64,000 nucleotides of DNA from an uncultured Anaerolineales bacterium (GCA_964542755.1 CAZIWL010000005.1:12439-76438), one strand, 5' to 3'; shown: positions 1-9,771, counted from the stretch's first letter. The notes: generated by a model from the letters alone, not told the origin. Program-made: numbers and translations.

Positions 1-140
1 TTCTGTGTAGTCGGCCTGGCTGGAACGAAGGGCGGACGCTATACGATCTCTCATCATAGGGAATCCTCACTGTCGACAGCCTGTGTCGCTATCAGCACGC
101 TGGGCTGGGTGGGAACGCTTCTCCCTTCAGGTACGGGAAA

Positions 141-1541
141 TCAGCCGCTAAGCGCCAGGCCTAACTTGTGAATCAGTTTCTGGGGGGTGATCCTCTGGGC
201 GCGTTCCCATTGACGGCCCATCCACCTTCTCAGGGCGTTCATCGGGGTGCGGCGCTGGCTCTCGGCCATGGCCCACTTGAGGAAATCATAGTCCTGCCCC
301 TTGATCTTGGGCTCTGTGGGATTGCGCCGATAGGAATCATAGTCCACAATGCGGCTCAGATCGTGCTCAAGGGCGTAGGTGAAGAGATCGGTGCCGGGGT
401 GGGGGGTGAAGAAAGCCGGGCTGTAGTAGTCAGGGTCGATTGCCTTCATCATCCGCACCGTGTCCATGACCTCGTCCTTTGTCTCCGTAGGGAGGCCCAT
501 CATGTAGTTGGCCCAGATCCGGATGTCATACTTGCGGCACACCCGGGCCGCCTCGAGGTTCTCTGCGACCGTCGTACCCTTGCGTATGAAATCGAGCACC
601 CGGTCGTTCCCACTCTCAAAGCCGATGAAATAACCCCGCAGCCCGGCCTCGGCCATCCGTGCCACCATATCCTCGTGCTTGACGATGATGTCAGCCCGAC
701 TCTGGCAGAAGAAGGGCATCTCGAAGCCCTCCTCGATATAGGCTTCGCTGAACTCGGTAACCCAGGGGCGGTCCTCCGTCAGGCAGTCGTCGTGGAACAT
801 AAAAGACGCGATCTGGTACCTGTTGACAAGCTCGCGGAGTTCCGACATCACGTTGCCCACGCTGCGCCGACGCGTCCGCTTGCCAAAGAGGTAATCCTCA
901 CCGGGCTTGCAGAAGGCGCAATTGTAGAGGCAGCCTCGCCCGGCGATGATTGTCACGAACGGCGCTGGCAGCTCGGGCACGAAGGGGACCTCGGGCGAGT
1001 TCAGATCATAGCCCCACTCTCTCCACTCTTCCAGAAAGAGCTCCCGATCGGCAAAGGGAATCCCATCCAGATCCGGCGGCGCGCCCCGCAGCACCCGGTC
1101 TGTGGGCGGGTCCCCGGCCTCGATCAGACGCAGTAGGCGGGGGAAGGTCACCTCTCCCTCCCGCGTCACCAGGTAGTCCACGTGGGGAATCTGCAGTGCA
1201 TCCTCGAGGGCGATCGTCACGTGCGGCCCTCCGATGACCGTCGTCAGCTCCGGCTTGAAGTCCTTGGCGATGGCGACGGCCTTCCTCGCCGGGTTGTAGT
1301 CGACGCTCATGAGCGTGATGGCCACGACGTCCGGGTCCCGCTCAACCAGCACATCTCGGAAGTGGTCCCAACTGGAGAGCGCCCGCAGGTCGATCAGATC
1401 GACGTCAAAGCCAGCCGCTTCGGCCGCCGAGCTGAGATGGGCCAGTCCGTGGGAGATCCAGCCTGCCTCCATGCCGCGTTTAAGCGAGTTGAAGCCCTGG
1501 CCCGCGATGCCTGGGTAGATCAGAGTCGTCTTGAAGCTCAT
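141..1541 (-). CDS. B12-binding radical SAM enzyme (class B rSAM, methyltransferase-like)
   Basis: 466-aa ORF. N-terminal cobalamin-binding-like Rossmann region. CxxxCxxC motif (GCLYNCAFC) and the rest of a radical SAM core. Confidence 0.8.
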   Translation of the reverse strand: MSFKTTLIYPGIAGQGFNSLKRGMEAGWISHGLAHLSSAAEAAGFDVDLIDLRALSSWDHFRDVLVERDPDVVAITLMSVDYNPARKAVAIAKDFKPELTTVIGGPHVTIALEDALQIPHVDYLVTREGEVTFPRLLRLIEAGDPPTDRVLRGAPPDLDGIPFADRELFLEEWREWGYDLNSPEVPFVPELPAPFVTIIAGRGCLYNCAFCKPGEDYLFGKRTRRRSVGNVMSELRELVNRYQIASFMFHDDCLTEDRPWVTEFSEAYIEEGFEMPFFCQSRADIIVKHEDMVARMAEAGLRGYFIGFESGNDRVLDFIRKGTTVAENLEAARVCRKYDIRIWANYMMGLPTETKDEVMDTVRMMKAIDPDYYSPAFFTPHPGTDLFTYALEHDLSRIVDYDSYRRNPTEPKIKGQDYDFLKWAMAESQRRTPMNALRRWMGRQWERAQRITPQKLIHKLGLALSG

Positions 1542-1649
1542 AGGTTGATTAGGCCTGATCGAGGGGGCCGAGATCCGATCACAGAGCCCGGCCGCTCAGT
1601 CGGGGCCAACGCAGAAAAGGCTATTCGGCGATGGCTCCTCCCGACCCCC

Positions 1650-2273
1650 TCAACTGTTATGGAGTCGGATAAAGTAGGTGCAGTGATGGGGTGGGTCTGC
1701 GATGCGCTCGAGCTCCGCCAAGCGGGGGCCGAGGAGCTCCGTCAACAGCGTGTGATCAATCTTGCACACCTCGCTATGTCGTCGGGCCACCCCTTCGTAG
1801 GGGCAGTTTGCCACGTGGACGAGGTATTGACCGTCGTCGTCTCTCTCCCAATGCGCCATATACCCGCGAAGATCCATGAACTCCACAGCCACCACGACGC
1901 GTTCTTCGAAGCTGGCGCCTGTAGGAATCCTTACTTCGCTCGCTATACGTTTTCCAATCCGCGCCATCAGATTCTCTACTTCTTCCTCTGAGAGGTGCTC
2001 TCTGAGCTCAGCGAGGATCATGTCAGTCAAAGTCTCATATCGCTTCGGGAAGAAGTCACTCGCCTCCTCAGTCAACCTGTAGACGTGTTGAGGGCGTCCG
2101 GGAGCCTTGCGGTGGAGCACCTCGGGTGCTGCAACGAGCTTCTCCCTCCGCAGGGTGTCCAGGTGGTGACGGATGGTCACCGTGGTCAGGTCCAATGTAC
2201 TGCTCAGTTCTTGTACGGTGGCCTGTCCTCGTTCCTTGAGGATGTTGAGTATCCGTTCTCGGGTGGCCTGCAT
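1650..2273 (-). CDS. HTH transcriptional regulator (winged-helix N-terminus plus C-terminal sensor-like domain)
   Basis: 207 aa. N-terminal ILNILKERGQATVQELSSTLDLTTVTIRHHLDTL is typical of ArsR/GntR-like wHTH. GAGGGAG RBS 8 nt upstream of the ATG. Confidence 0.6.
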   Translation of the reverse strand: MQATRERILNILKERGQATVQELSSTLDLTTVTIRHHLDTLRREKLVAAPEVLHRKAPGRPQHVYRLTEEASDFFPKRYETLTDMILAELREHLSEEEVENLMARIGKRIASEVRIPTGASFEERVVVAVEFMDLRGYMAHWERDDDGQYLVHVANCPYEGVARRHSEVCKIDHTLLTELLGPRLAELERIADPPHHCTYFIRLHNS

Positions 2274-2740
2274 GATCTTGCTCCCTCTCGTCTGTGTGTC
2301 GCTTGGCCCGGTCCACGCGCAACGCGGGTCCGCGCCAGCGATGAATGAGGCGATTCTATCACGCGCATGCTAATTTGTCAAACAGACATCATTGTAATTG
2401 ACTCGGCGGATGCGCACCGCCTGCTCTGAGGGTAAGTCGGGTGCCGTGCGTATCCCCTGGCGCCACTTTCTTCGCTGAGCCTGATTCTCGATTCCCGGCG
2501 GGTCGTTCGAGCGCCGGTGAGACCCTGTGTCGCTTGCTGCCGAGGAACCCTGTTTGCCCGTTTTTCGAAAGCGTTGTAGAATAGCTAAGGGTGTGCTGTA
2601 ACGAAGGTGGATCACTGGTTGCGGGTAGCCCCGAGTCCATCCCCGGCGAGGGGCTGATGGTTTGTGAAGCGGTCCTTGCCCCAATGCACCATGTTGCACC
2701 GCATTATCGACAACTCCACGATGGCAAGCGTCCGACCCCG

Positions 2741-2823
2741 CGACTATGGCCAACAAACGACTATGGTTAGACGACTATGGTTAGCAAACAACTATGGCTA
2801 GCAGACAACTATGGCTAGCGAAA
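2741..2823. repeat. Tandem direct repeat array, 5 units of about 14-18 bp (CGACTATGGYTAGCAAA-like)
   Basis: Units read directly from sequence: cgactatggccaacaaa / cgactatggttaga / cgactatggttagcaaa / caactatggctagcaga / caactatggctagcgaaa. Intergenic. Confidence 0.8.
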
Positions 2824-2909
2824 GTGTTGTTTCGATGAGCTCTCAGAATCGCAGCTATGGGACCCGCGATACGCCGGAAACCCTACCGGAGCGGGATAGC
2901 GGTCGGGCC

Positions 2910-3321
2910 ATGAACGGTCTCACCATCCAGTATCCCGACGAGGTGCCTCTCCCCGGAGCGTTTCTGCGTCTTGCCCTTCCACGTCTTCGATCCGGAGACG
3001 GGCAAATCGCGCTGCGTGGCCTGCGAGATGTGTCCTCGAGGATGCCCACCGTAGTGCAGTTGGATCAAGCCGGGAAAGGAGCCGGAGCCCGTGGGGGAGG
3101 CTGGGGCGCCCAGTGAGTTCTTCATCGACAGCGGGATCTATGTGTCGTGCGGGCTGTGCGCTAAGGTCTGTCCCTTCGATGCCATTATGATGGATCATGA
3201 CAATGAGGTCGCTCCCTACGAACGGTATGAGAGCTCCATCTGGGGTGTGGATAAGCTATCCAGACCTCATTCGTGCGGCGTTCAACGCCACCTCTCTGGC
3301 TATCCAGAAGGGGCCTTCTGA
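2910..3321 (+). pseudogene. NuoI/EchF-like 2x[4Fe-4S] ferredoxin subunit, disrupted (frameshift near 2955 in a CCCC run, in-frame TAG at 3052-3054)
   Basis: Frame 0 gives IQYPDEVPLPGAF (NuoI YPEEPVYLPP region). Frame +1 continues RFCVLPFHVFDPETGKSRCVACEMCPRGCPP-TAG-CSWIKPGKEPEP..EFFIDSGIYVSCGLCAKVCPFDAIMM. This matches both CxxCxxCxxxCP motifs of NuoI-type subunits. Confidence 0.55.
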
Positions 3322-3341
3322 TCGTGCGCCGGAATAGCGCC

Positions 3342-4187
3342 ATGGGTCATTCGAGCAACGAATCGACGCTCTCGGACTTCAGCGAGACACTGATTGCCGG
3401 TGTCCGATTCCAACCCTCGGGCAAGATCTACCACTTTGACGCCAGCAGGGTGGAGGATCTCCGCCCCGGTGATTTCGCCCTGGTGGAGACGGTGCGGGGC
3501 ACCCAATTGGGTGAGGTCGTCACCGTTCGGCCACCGCGCAGGGGCGAGGATGTCAGAACTCTCAAGCCCATCAAGCGGCGGGCCACCGGCCGCGACCTGG
3601 CACTCCGCCAGTGGTGGCAGAAGCGCGAGGAGGAGACCCTGGAGCTGGCCCGCCGGGAGGCGGACCGGCTTGCGCTGCCAATCAAAGTCGTGGTGGCCGA
3701 GTATACCCTGGACGGTAAGCGGCTCACCCTCCTGTATGGTAGCGAGGAGCGGCATTATGACGTCAATGAGCTGGAGCGGCGTCTGCAGCGAGAGCTCAAG
3801 ACCCGGGTGGAATTGCTTAAGATTGGTCCTCGCGATCAGGCCAAGCTGATGGGGGGTTGCGGCGCCTGTGGAGGTCCGCGCTGCTGTTCCCATTTCCTAC
3901 CCGAGTTCACCTCTATCTCGATCAAGATGGCCAAGAAGCAGGGTGTCTCACTTCATCCCTCTGCGATCACGGGCATGTGTGATCGACTGCGCTGTTGTCT
4001 GCAGTACGAGTATGACCAGTACGTCGAGGCCCTAAGGAAGCTGCCCCGGCGTAAAAGACGGGTCAAGACGCCCTATGGCGAGGGGACAGTGATCGATCTC
4101 GTTCCCCTGAAGCACGCGGTCATCGTCAGCATCGAGGATCGCCGGGTTGAACTCTCTGTTGAGGAGGTGGAGCCTGTCTCGAGGTAG
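3342..4187 (+). CDS. ricT: PSP1 C-terminal domain protein (RicT/YaaT family)
   Basis: VRFQPSGKIYHFDAS...VETVRGTQLGEVV N-terminus. Conserved GGCGACGGPRCCSHFLPEF...MCDRLRCCLQYE cysteine block characteristic of YaaT/RicT. Confidence 0.8.
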   Translation: MGHSSNESTLSDFSETLIAGVRFQPSGKIYHFDASRVEDLRPGDFALVETVRGTQLGEVVTVRPPRRGEDVRTLKPIKRRATGRDLALRQWWQKREEETLELARREADRLALPIKVVVAEYTLDGKRLTLLYGSEERHYDVNELERRLQRELKTRVELLKIGPRDQAKLMGGCGACGGPRCCSHFLPEFTSISIKMAKKQGVSLHPSAITGMCDRLRCCLQYEYDQYVEALRKLPRRKRRVKTPYGEGTVIDLVPLKHAVIVSIEDRRVELSVEEVEPVSR

Positions 4188-4347
4188 ATCCACTGTTGTC
4201 AGCCACCTGAGCTCACTCCGAAACCCTGCTGAGCCACAATGCGATGCATGGGTGATCTGACACTTGGAATGCGACATCACACATCCGTCTGTAGGTCGGA
4301 CGCGAAGCAGCTCGGGCCGCTGGCCCGATACCAAAGGAGATAGACAC

Positions 4348-5190
4348 ATGGAGACGATTCTAACTGGAACAGAGGGAGAGGTACGTATCAGCCTTGAGCT
4401 CCCAACCGTGATCATCGGTGAGCGGATCAACCCCACCGGCCGGAGTTGGCTCACCAAGCAACTGACCGAGGGGAATCTTGAGATCCTCAAGAGCGAAGCC
4501 TTGAAGCAGATTGAGGAGGGGGCTGATGTACTCGACGTCAACGTAGGCGCTGCGAGCGTCAAGGAAGTTGAGCTCTTGCCCAAGGCTGTCCAACTCATTC
4601 AGGAGACGGTCGGCGTGCCCCTATGCATCGACACCGCCGACAAGGACGCTCTGGAGGCGGCGCTGAAGGTCTATCAGGGTAAGCCTCTGATCAACTCGGT
4701 CAATGGCGAGGAGGCTAGCCTCCAGCGTGTCCTCCCGCTCGTTGCTGAGTATAATGCGGCCGTGATCGGGCTGGCCATGGACGATGACGGCATTCCGAAG
4801 GACCCCCAGAAGCGCCTCGAGATTGCCACAAAGATCGTCGAGCGCGCCGAGGCCCTGGGCATTCCCCGCGAGGATGTCTTGATCGACTGCCTCGCTTTGA
4901 CGGTCAGTGCGGAACCTGATGCGGCCGTTATCACCCTGGAAGCCATCGACTTGGTCAGGGAGGAGCTGGGCGTCAACCAGGCCCTGGGGCACAGCAACGT
5001 CTCCTACGGCCTTCCGGACCGTGACGTGATCAACCGTGTTGCCCTGGGGATGGTCATCCGTGCAGGTGTCAATGCCCCCATCGTCGACGCTGCGGAGGTC
5101 AAGCAGTCCATCCTGGCAGCCGACCTGCTGATGGGGCGCGATCAGTACGCCATGAACTACATCAAGTACTACCGCCAGCACAAGGACTAG
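4348..5190 (+). CDS. Pterin-binding methyltransferase (MtrH/AcsE/MtgA-like, DHPS-fold)
   Basis: 281 aa. RINPTG...VNVG...CIDTAD...INSVN motifs of the pterin-binding barrel. AAAGGAGA RBS 7 nt upstream. Confidence 0.75.
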   Translation: METILTGTEGEVRISLELPTVIIGERINPTGRSWLTKQLTEGNLEILKSEALKQIEEGADVLDVNVGAASVKEVELLPKAVQLIQETVGVPLCIDTADKDALEAALKVYQGKPLINSVNGEEASLQRVLPLVAEYNAAVIGLAMDDDGIPKDPQKRLEIATKIVERAEALGIPREDVLIDCLALTVSAEPDAAVITLEAIDLVREELGVNQALGHSNVSYGLPDRDVINRVALGMVIRAGVNAPIVDAAEVKQSILAADLLMGRDQYAMNYIKYYRQHKD

Positions 5191-5330
5191 CGCCACGACG
5201 TGACGCTGCGGGGTCTGGGCGTACCCGCAACAGCCCAGGTCGCTGGAGAGTTCCTCTGCAAGACGAGCGCTCCAGCCGATGATACGGCGCCGTTCTGAGC
5301 CACCTGGAACACGATAAACGGACCAACTGG

Positions 5331-5379
5331 CTGGGAAGCTTTCCTATCGAGATGAAAGGTAAAGCCTCCCAGCCTTTTT
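5331..5379 (+). terminator. Hairpin plus T-tract (terminator or attenuator between the pterin methyltransferase and MttB-1)
   Basis: ctgggaagctttc...gaaaggtaaagcctcccag imperfect stem, followed by cctttttg. Confidence 0.4.
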
Positions 5380-5413
5380 GATTCCTTAACGGAGGGAAAC
5401 GGAGACGGTATCC

Positions 5414-6877
5414 ATGGTCAGGAGTATCGAGGGGCCCGGAAAGGGCCTGGTCGGGGGACAGTACAAGCCGTTGACCGATGCCGAGGTGACGCGGATTCAC
5501 GAGGCATCGCTGGAAGTCCTGGAGCGGACCGGCGTGAACGTCCAGGAAGCGGAGGCGCTGGCACTCTTCAAAGAGGCTGGGGCGGACGTGCATGGAGACC
5601 GTGTCCGCCTTTCCAGGGCCATGGTCGAGGACGCCATCGCCACGGCGTCGTCCAAGGTGGTCTTGGCGGGCCGCGACCCGGACAATGACCTGATTCTGGA
5701 GGACGCACGGGTTCACATCGGGACGGGAGGTGCTGCTCTCCAGGTGCTGGATCTGGAGACGGGTACAATTCGAAAGGCGCTCTTGAGTGATGTCGGGGAT
5801 ATGGCGCGTATCGTGGATGCCCTGGACAATATCCACTTCTACCTCATCCCGATCTATCCCACCGATCTACCTGAAGAACAGGTGGAGATCAGCAAATACT
5901 ACGCTTCTCTGGCCAATACGACGAAGCACGTCCAGGCGGGAGTTTACACACTGCGGGGCATCCGCGATGTCGTGGCGATGTGTGAGAGGATCGCCGGCAG
6001 TCCGGAGGCCCTCCGTGCCCGGCCGCTCGTCTCGTTCATCACCAGCTGGATGGTCAGCCCGCTGAAGTTCGCCACCGACGTGACCACACTTCTCATTGAA
6101 GTCTGTCGCCAGGGTATACCCGTCGTCCTGTCGGCGGCCCCGATGGCTGGTTCGACGTCACCCGTGACGCTCGCGGGGACGTTGGTTCAGCTGAACGCCG
6201 AGCAGTTATCTGGCCTCACGTTGACACAGCTCGTCAATCCGGGGACGCCGGTCATCATGGGGCCGATCCCTGCGACGGCGGACATGCGGAGTGGAAAGTA
6301 CCTGGGTGGCTCCGTGGAGCTGGGTATCGGTAACGCGGCTATCACCCAGCTCGCTCACCGGTACGAAGTGCCCATCTACAATAGTGCCGGTATGACCGAC
6401 AGCAAGCTTCCGGATATTCAGGCCGGGATGGAGAAGGCTCAATCGGCGATTCAGGTTGCCCTTGCCGGTGCCAATTTCATCCACCACGCCGCGGGGATGC
6501 TCGAGGACATGTCTACCATCGCCTATGAGCAGTTCGTCATCGACAACGAGATGTTGGGGATGGCGATGCGCGCCGTACGCGGCATTGAGGTCGATGACGA
6601 TACGCTCGCTGTCGAGGCCATCGACCGGGTGGGCCCCGGGGGGCACTACCTGGCGGACGAGCATACGATGCGCTACATGCGCACTGAGCACTACTACCCG
6701 TCCCGAGTCTTTGACCGGCAGGGCCGTGACGAATGGGAGGACGACGGATCGACCGACGCGTGGCTCCGGGCCAGAGAGCTGGCTCGGGAGATCTTGCGTA
6801 AGCACGAACCGGAACTCCTGGATGGCGAGGCCGATGCCTGGATCAAGGAACAGTTCGCCCACACGCTGACCCTGTGA
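5414..6877 (+). CDS. MttB-superfamily methyltransferase (non-pyrrolysine; glycine betaine/quaternary amine methyltransferase-like)
   Basis: 487 aa, full-length MttB-like TIM barrel with no in-frame TAG. GGAGGG RBS. Confidence 0.85.
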   Translation: MVRSIEGPGKGLVGGQYKPLTDAEVTRIHEASLEVLERTGVNVQEAEALALFKEAGADVHGDRVRLSRAMVEDAIATASSKVVLAGRDPDNDLILEDARVHIGTGGAALQVLDLETGTIRKALLSDVGDMARIVDALDNIHFYLIPIYPTDLPEEQVEISKYYASLANTTKHVQAGVYTLRGIRDVVAMCERIAGSPEALRARPLVSFITSWMVSPLKFATDVTTLLIEVCRQGIPVVLSAAPMAGSTSPVTLAGTLVQLNAEQLSGLTLTQLVNPGTPVIMGPIPATADMRSGKYLGGSVELGIGNAAITQLAHRYEVPIYNSAGMTDSKLPDIQAGMEKAQSAIQVALAGANFIHHAAGMLEDMSTIAYEQFVIDNEMLGMAMRAVRGIEVDDDTLAVEAIDRVGPGGHYLADEHTMRYMRTEHYYPSRVFDRQGRDEWEDDGSTDAWLRARELAREILRKHEPELLDGEADAWIKEQFAHTLTL

Positions 6878-7019
6878 AGGACTCGTGACCGGTCGGGGTG
6901 GCCTGATCGGTATCGCCCAACGCGCGAAGCGTGTGCCGGAAGCTGGCAAGGTCTATATGGATTCGCCACAGCTTCCCTGGTTCACGCGTCGCTTTTCGAT
7001 GTACCGGAGGTGACTTCTC

Positions 7020-8474
7020 GTGACGGATCAACTGCCGATTCCGACGCTGCAGCCATTTAGTCGCGGCCTCTCTGACGAACAGGTGCGTGAGCTACATTAC
7101 GCCACGCTTGAGATCCTCTCAAGCACGGGAGTCGATATGCAGGACCCCGAGGGCCGTGAACTCCTCTTGGAGGCGGGCGCCTGGGAGTCTGACGACCGCA
7201 TCAAGGTGCCCGAGAACCTGGTGACCGACGCCATCGACGCGGCGCCCTCGCGCATCCCCATGTACGATCGATTGGGTAACCTGACGATGCCGCTGGAGCT
7301 TGGAAAGGTCTTCTTTGGCGCCGGGTCAGACACCACGTTCACGCTCGACGTGGAGACTGGCGAGCGCCGTCGTACCACAGCCCGGGATGTCGAGGACATT
7401 GCGCGCCTCTGTGACGCATTGGACAACATCGACTTCATCATGTCGATGAGCAATCCCTCGGACGTCCCCGCCGACGATCTGTACATCCACGAGTTCGCCG
7501 GAATGATCCGGGGCTCCGCAAAACCGAACGTCTACACGGCGAAGGACCGTGCCGACGTGGAGGATATCTATCGCATCGCTGCCGCCGTGGTCGGTGGCGA
7601 ACAGGCCTTGCGTGAGAGACCATTCTTCTTGCTCTACGCTGAGCCCATTTCGCCCCTGATGATCATCGAGGAATCGCTACAGAAGCTGATCTTCTGCGCC
7701 GAGAAGGGAGTCCCGTCAGGTTACATTCCCTCACCCAACATGGGGGGAGGGGGACCCATCACGCTCGCCGGCGCTCTCGCGGTCGGTAACGCCGAGTGTC
7801 TGCTGGGCCTGGTCATCGCGCAGCTGCTCAACCCCGGCACCCCGTATATCTACGGGATGAACACCGCCGCTATGGATATGAAGACCACCATCATCAGCTA
7901 CGGCAGTCCTGAGTGGCCCCTTGGCATGATGGCTCAGATGGACTTGGCCCGATACTACAATCTCCCGGCGTGGTCGGCTGCCGGAGCGAGCGACAGCAAG
8001 GTCGTTGACGCCCAGGTGGGCATCGAGATCACGTTCTCGGTCCTCGCCAACTTCCTGGCGCGCGCCACACTGGTGCACGACGTGGGCTACATTGAGTATG
8101 GTTCGACGTCCTCGATGGAAGCGCTGGTTATCGCCGACGAGGTCATACGCCAGACCCGCTTCCTTACGCAGGGCGTCGAGGTCAGCCCGCGCACGCTGGC
8201 GTTGGACGCCACAGCACGTGTGCGGCCTGGAGGTGGCTACCTGGCCGACGACCACACGCTGGACAACTGGCGGGAGGCGCAGTGGCACCCTGACCTGATC
8301 GACCGCGCTCGCTACGACGACTGGGTGGAGGCTGGCAGCAGGGATATGTTCACACGCGCCAACGAGCGGGCACGGAGGATCCTGAGCGAGCATGAGGTGG
8401 CGCCGCTGCCGGAGGAGGCCGAGAGCCTCATCGCGGAGATTCTGGAGAAACGAGCGTCCGAGCAGGGCGAGTAG
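7020..8474 (+). CDS. MttB-superfamily methyltransferase, second paralogue (non-Pyl)
   Basis: 484 aa, paralogous to 5414-6877. GTG start with GGAGGTGA RBS. Confidence 0.85.
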   Translation: MTDQLPIPTLQPFSRGLSDEQVRELHYATLEILSSTGVDMQDPEGRELLLEAGAWESDDRIKVPENLVTDAIDAAPSRIPMYDRLGNLTMPLELGKVFFGAGSDTTFTLDVETGERRRTTARDVEDIARLCDALDNIDFIMSMSNPSDVPADDLYIHEFAGMIRGSAKPNVYTAKDRADVEDIYRIAAAVVGGEQALRERPFFLLYAEPISPLMIIEESLQKLIFCAEKGVPSGYIPSPNMGGGGPITLAGALAVGNAECLLGLVIAQLLNPGTPYIYGMNTAAMDMKTTIISYGSPEWPLGMMAQMDLARYYNLPAWSAAGASDSKVVDAQVGIEITFSVLANFLARATLVHDVGYIEYGSTSSMEALVIADEVIRQTRFLTQGVEVSPRTLALDATARVRPGGGYLADDHTLDNWREAQWHPDLIDRARYDDWVEAGSRDMFTRANERARRILSEHEVAPLPEEAESLIAEILEKRASEQGE

Positions 8475-8678
8475 AAAGCCTGCGTGATCAACCCGCGCGG
8501 TGGCGAGTCCCCGCGGGCCGGCTGCTTCCCGATGGAGTTGGCGTCTGGCGAGACGGAAGCGGCTGCCGCCGCCGAGGGCATCCACCCAGCCCTGGGCCTT
8601 TCGGGCATTGGCGGAGACCAGGATTGAGGGCGGCGGGAAGGAGGCCCCAGGACCCGGTGGTCCTGGGGCCTCTGGACG

Positions 8679-9011
8679 TCAGCCTTGCTCCTCCGACCAG
8701 ACCGAGTTCTCGATCCAGGCCAGGTAGTCCGACGTTCCCTGGACGATGGACGTGGCGATGATCTCCGGGACATCGTAGGGATGATTCTGGCGGACCGTCG
8801 CCGCCAATTCATCAAAGTGTGCTGCCAGAGTCTTGATCAGTAGAAGAACCTCCCCATCTTGGCAGACCTCCCCCTCCCAGATGTAGAACGAGGTCACCGA
8901 CGGCAGGATGTTCACACACGCGCAGAGCCGCCTGTCGAGGAGTGCTTCGGCAATCTCCTTGCCAGCGGATTCTGAGGGTGCTGTCACAAAGACCACCAGG
9001 TACTCGCTCAT
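8679..9011 (-). CDS. cutA: Divalent-cation tolerance protein CutA
   Basis: MSEYLVVFVTAPS...CACVNILP...S.Y.W.G is classic CutA1. GAGGAGG RBS 6 nt upstream of the ATG at 9011. Confidence 0.8.
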   Translation of the reverse strand: MSEYLVVFVTAPSESAGKEIAEALLDRRLCACVNILPSVTSFYIWEGEVCQDGEVLLLIKTLAAHFDELAATVRQNHPYDVPEIIATSIVQGTSDYLAWIENSVWSEEQG

Positions 9012-9045
9012 CGAGTTCCTCCTCACAGAAGTACGCTACCGCACG

Positions 9046-9771
9046 TCAGTCAAGATCGACAAGGGTAGCGATATGGGCAATGGCCCGATCGACATAGTCA
9101 TCATTGTCTATGGAGAGCTCGACGGCGCCGTGCGGGCAGACTGCCACGCACCGTCCGCAACCCCGACAGGCATCGTCGATGACCGCGTGTCCCGCCTCCA
9201 GGCGGATGGCATCCACGAAGCAGATCCCCTCGGTGCATGCCCCGCAGCCCGTACAGTCCTCGTTGACCGTGACGGTCACGCCCGGCATTCGATGGATCTT
9301 GTCGCTGATGCGAGGCATCACGTGAGGGAGGACGCCCCAGAGGCAGCAACAGGGGCAGCAGTGGCAGATGGTGAGCAACTGCCGTCCTGGACCCACGCCA
9401 AGCCACACCGTGTCGAGCTTGTTTCGACCTACCATATGGATTAAGCCCGCTTCGCGGGCTCGCTGGACGTGCGCCAGGGCCTCCTCCCGCGTCACCTGGT
9501 GGCCCAGCTCCGGATTGATCTTCAGCGCCGCGCGACCCAGGAAGAGGCAGCCCAGTTCGACCGGATAGTCCTGGCAAGCCTCCGAGGCGCGGCAGAGACA
9601 GAAGTCCATAATCCAGTGGACCTGCGCCTCTTGCACGAAGTGCTCCACCACTCGGGAGGGCACGACCATCTCGCCGGGTTGCCCCACCGGCTCGTCGACC
9701 CGGATCGTGGTGGCAATGTGATCCTGGGGCAGGAAAACCACATCGTCGTCGTGGAAGAGCCATCGGTCCAT
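9046..9771 (-). CDS. Cys-dense Fe-S protein: N-terminal CHCCPCCC domain plus C-terminal 2x[4Fe-4S] ferredoxin motifs
   Basis: 241 aa. CTGCGACTEGIC and CRGCGRCVAVCP ferredoxin motifs. Unusual ICHCCPCCCLWG cysteine run. Confidence 0.6.
   Translation of the reverse strand: MDRWLFHDDDVVFLPQDHIATTIRVDEPVGQPGEMVVPSRVVEHFVQEAQVHWIMDFCLCRASEACQDYPVELGCLFLGRAALKINPELGHQVTREEALAHVQRAREAGLIHMVGRNKLDTVWLGVGPGRQLLTICHCCPCCCLWGVLPHVMPRISDKIHRMPGVTVTVNEDCTGCGACTEGICFVDAIRLEAGHAVIDDACRGCGRCVAVCPHGAVELSIDNDDYVDRAIAHIATLVDLD

Noticed and set aside
168-1136. Long antisense ORFs opposite real genes (for example 168-1136 +, 6206-6949 -, 19123-19704 -, 20371-21246 -, 22419-23525 -, 41184-42455 -, 47377-48102 -, 57128-57865 +)
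   Set aside because: High GC suppresses stops on the opposite strand. These have Pro/Arg/Gly-rich, low-complexity translations and no RBS. The overlapping sense genes have clear family signatures.
4190-4347. Possible cobalamin riboswitch upstream of the pterin methyltransferase
   Set aside because: There is no convincing B12-box (GCCACTG) or conserved stem architecture, only a partial GCCACCTG. Not supportable without a covariance-model search.
5414-8474. Pyrrolysine-containing MttB genes
   Set aside because: Both MttB ORFs are full-length with no in-frame TAG. TAG is used as an ordinary stop by many genes in the window.
8500-8727. 75-aa ORF between the second MttB gene and cutA
   Set aside because: The ORF has an Arg/Pro-rich translation, no RBS, and lies in an intergenic GC-rich stretch.
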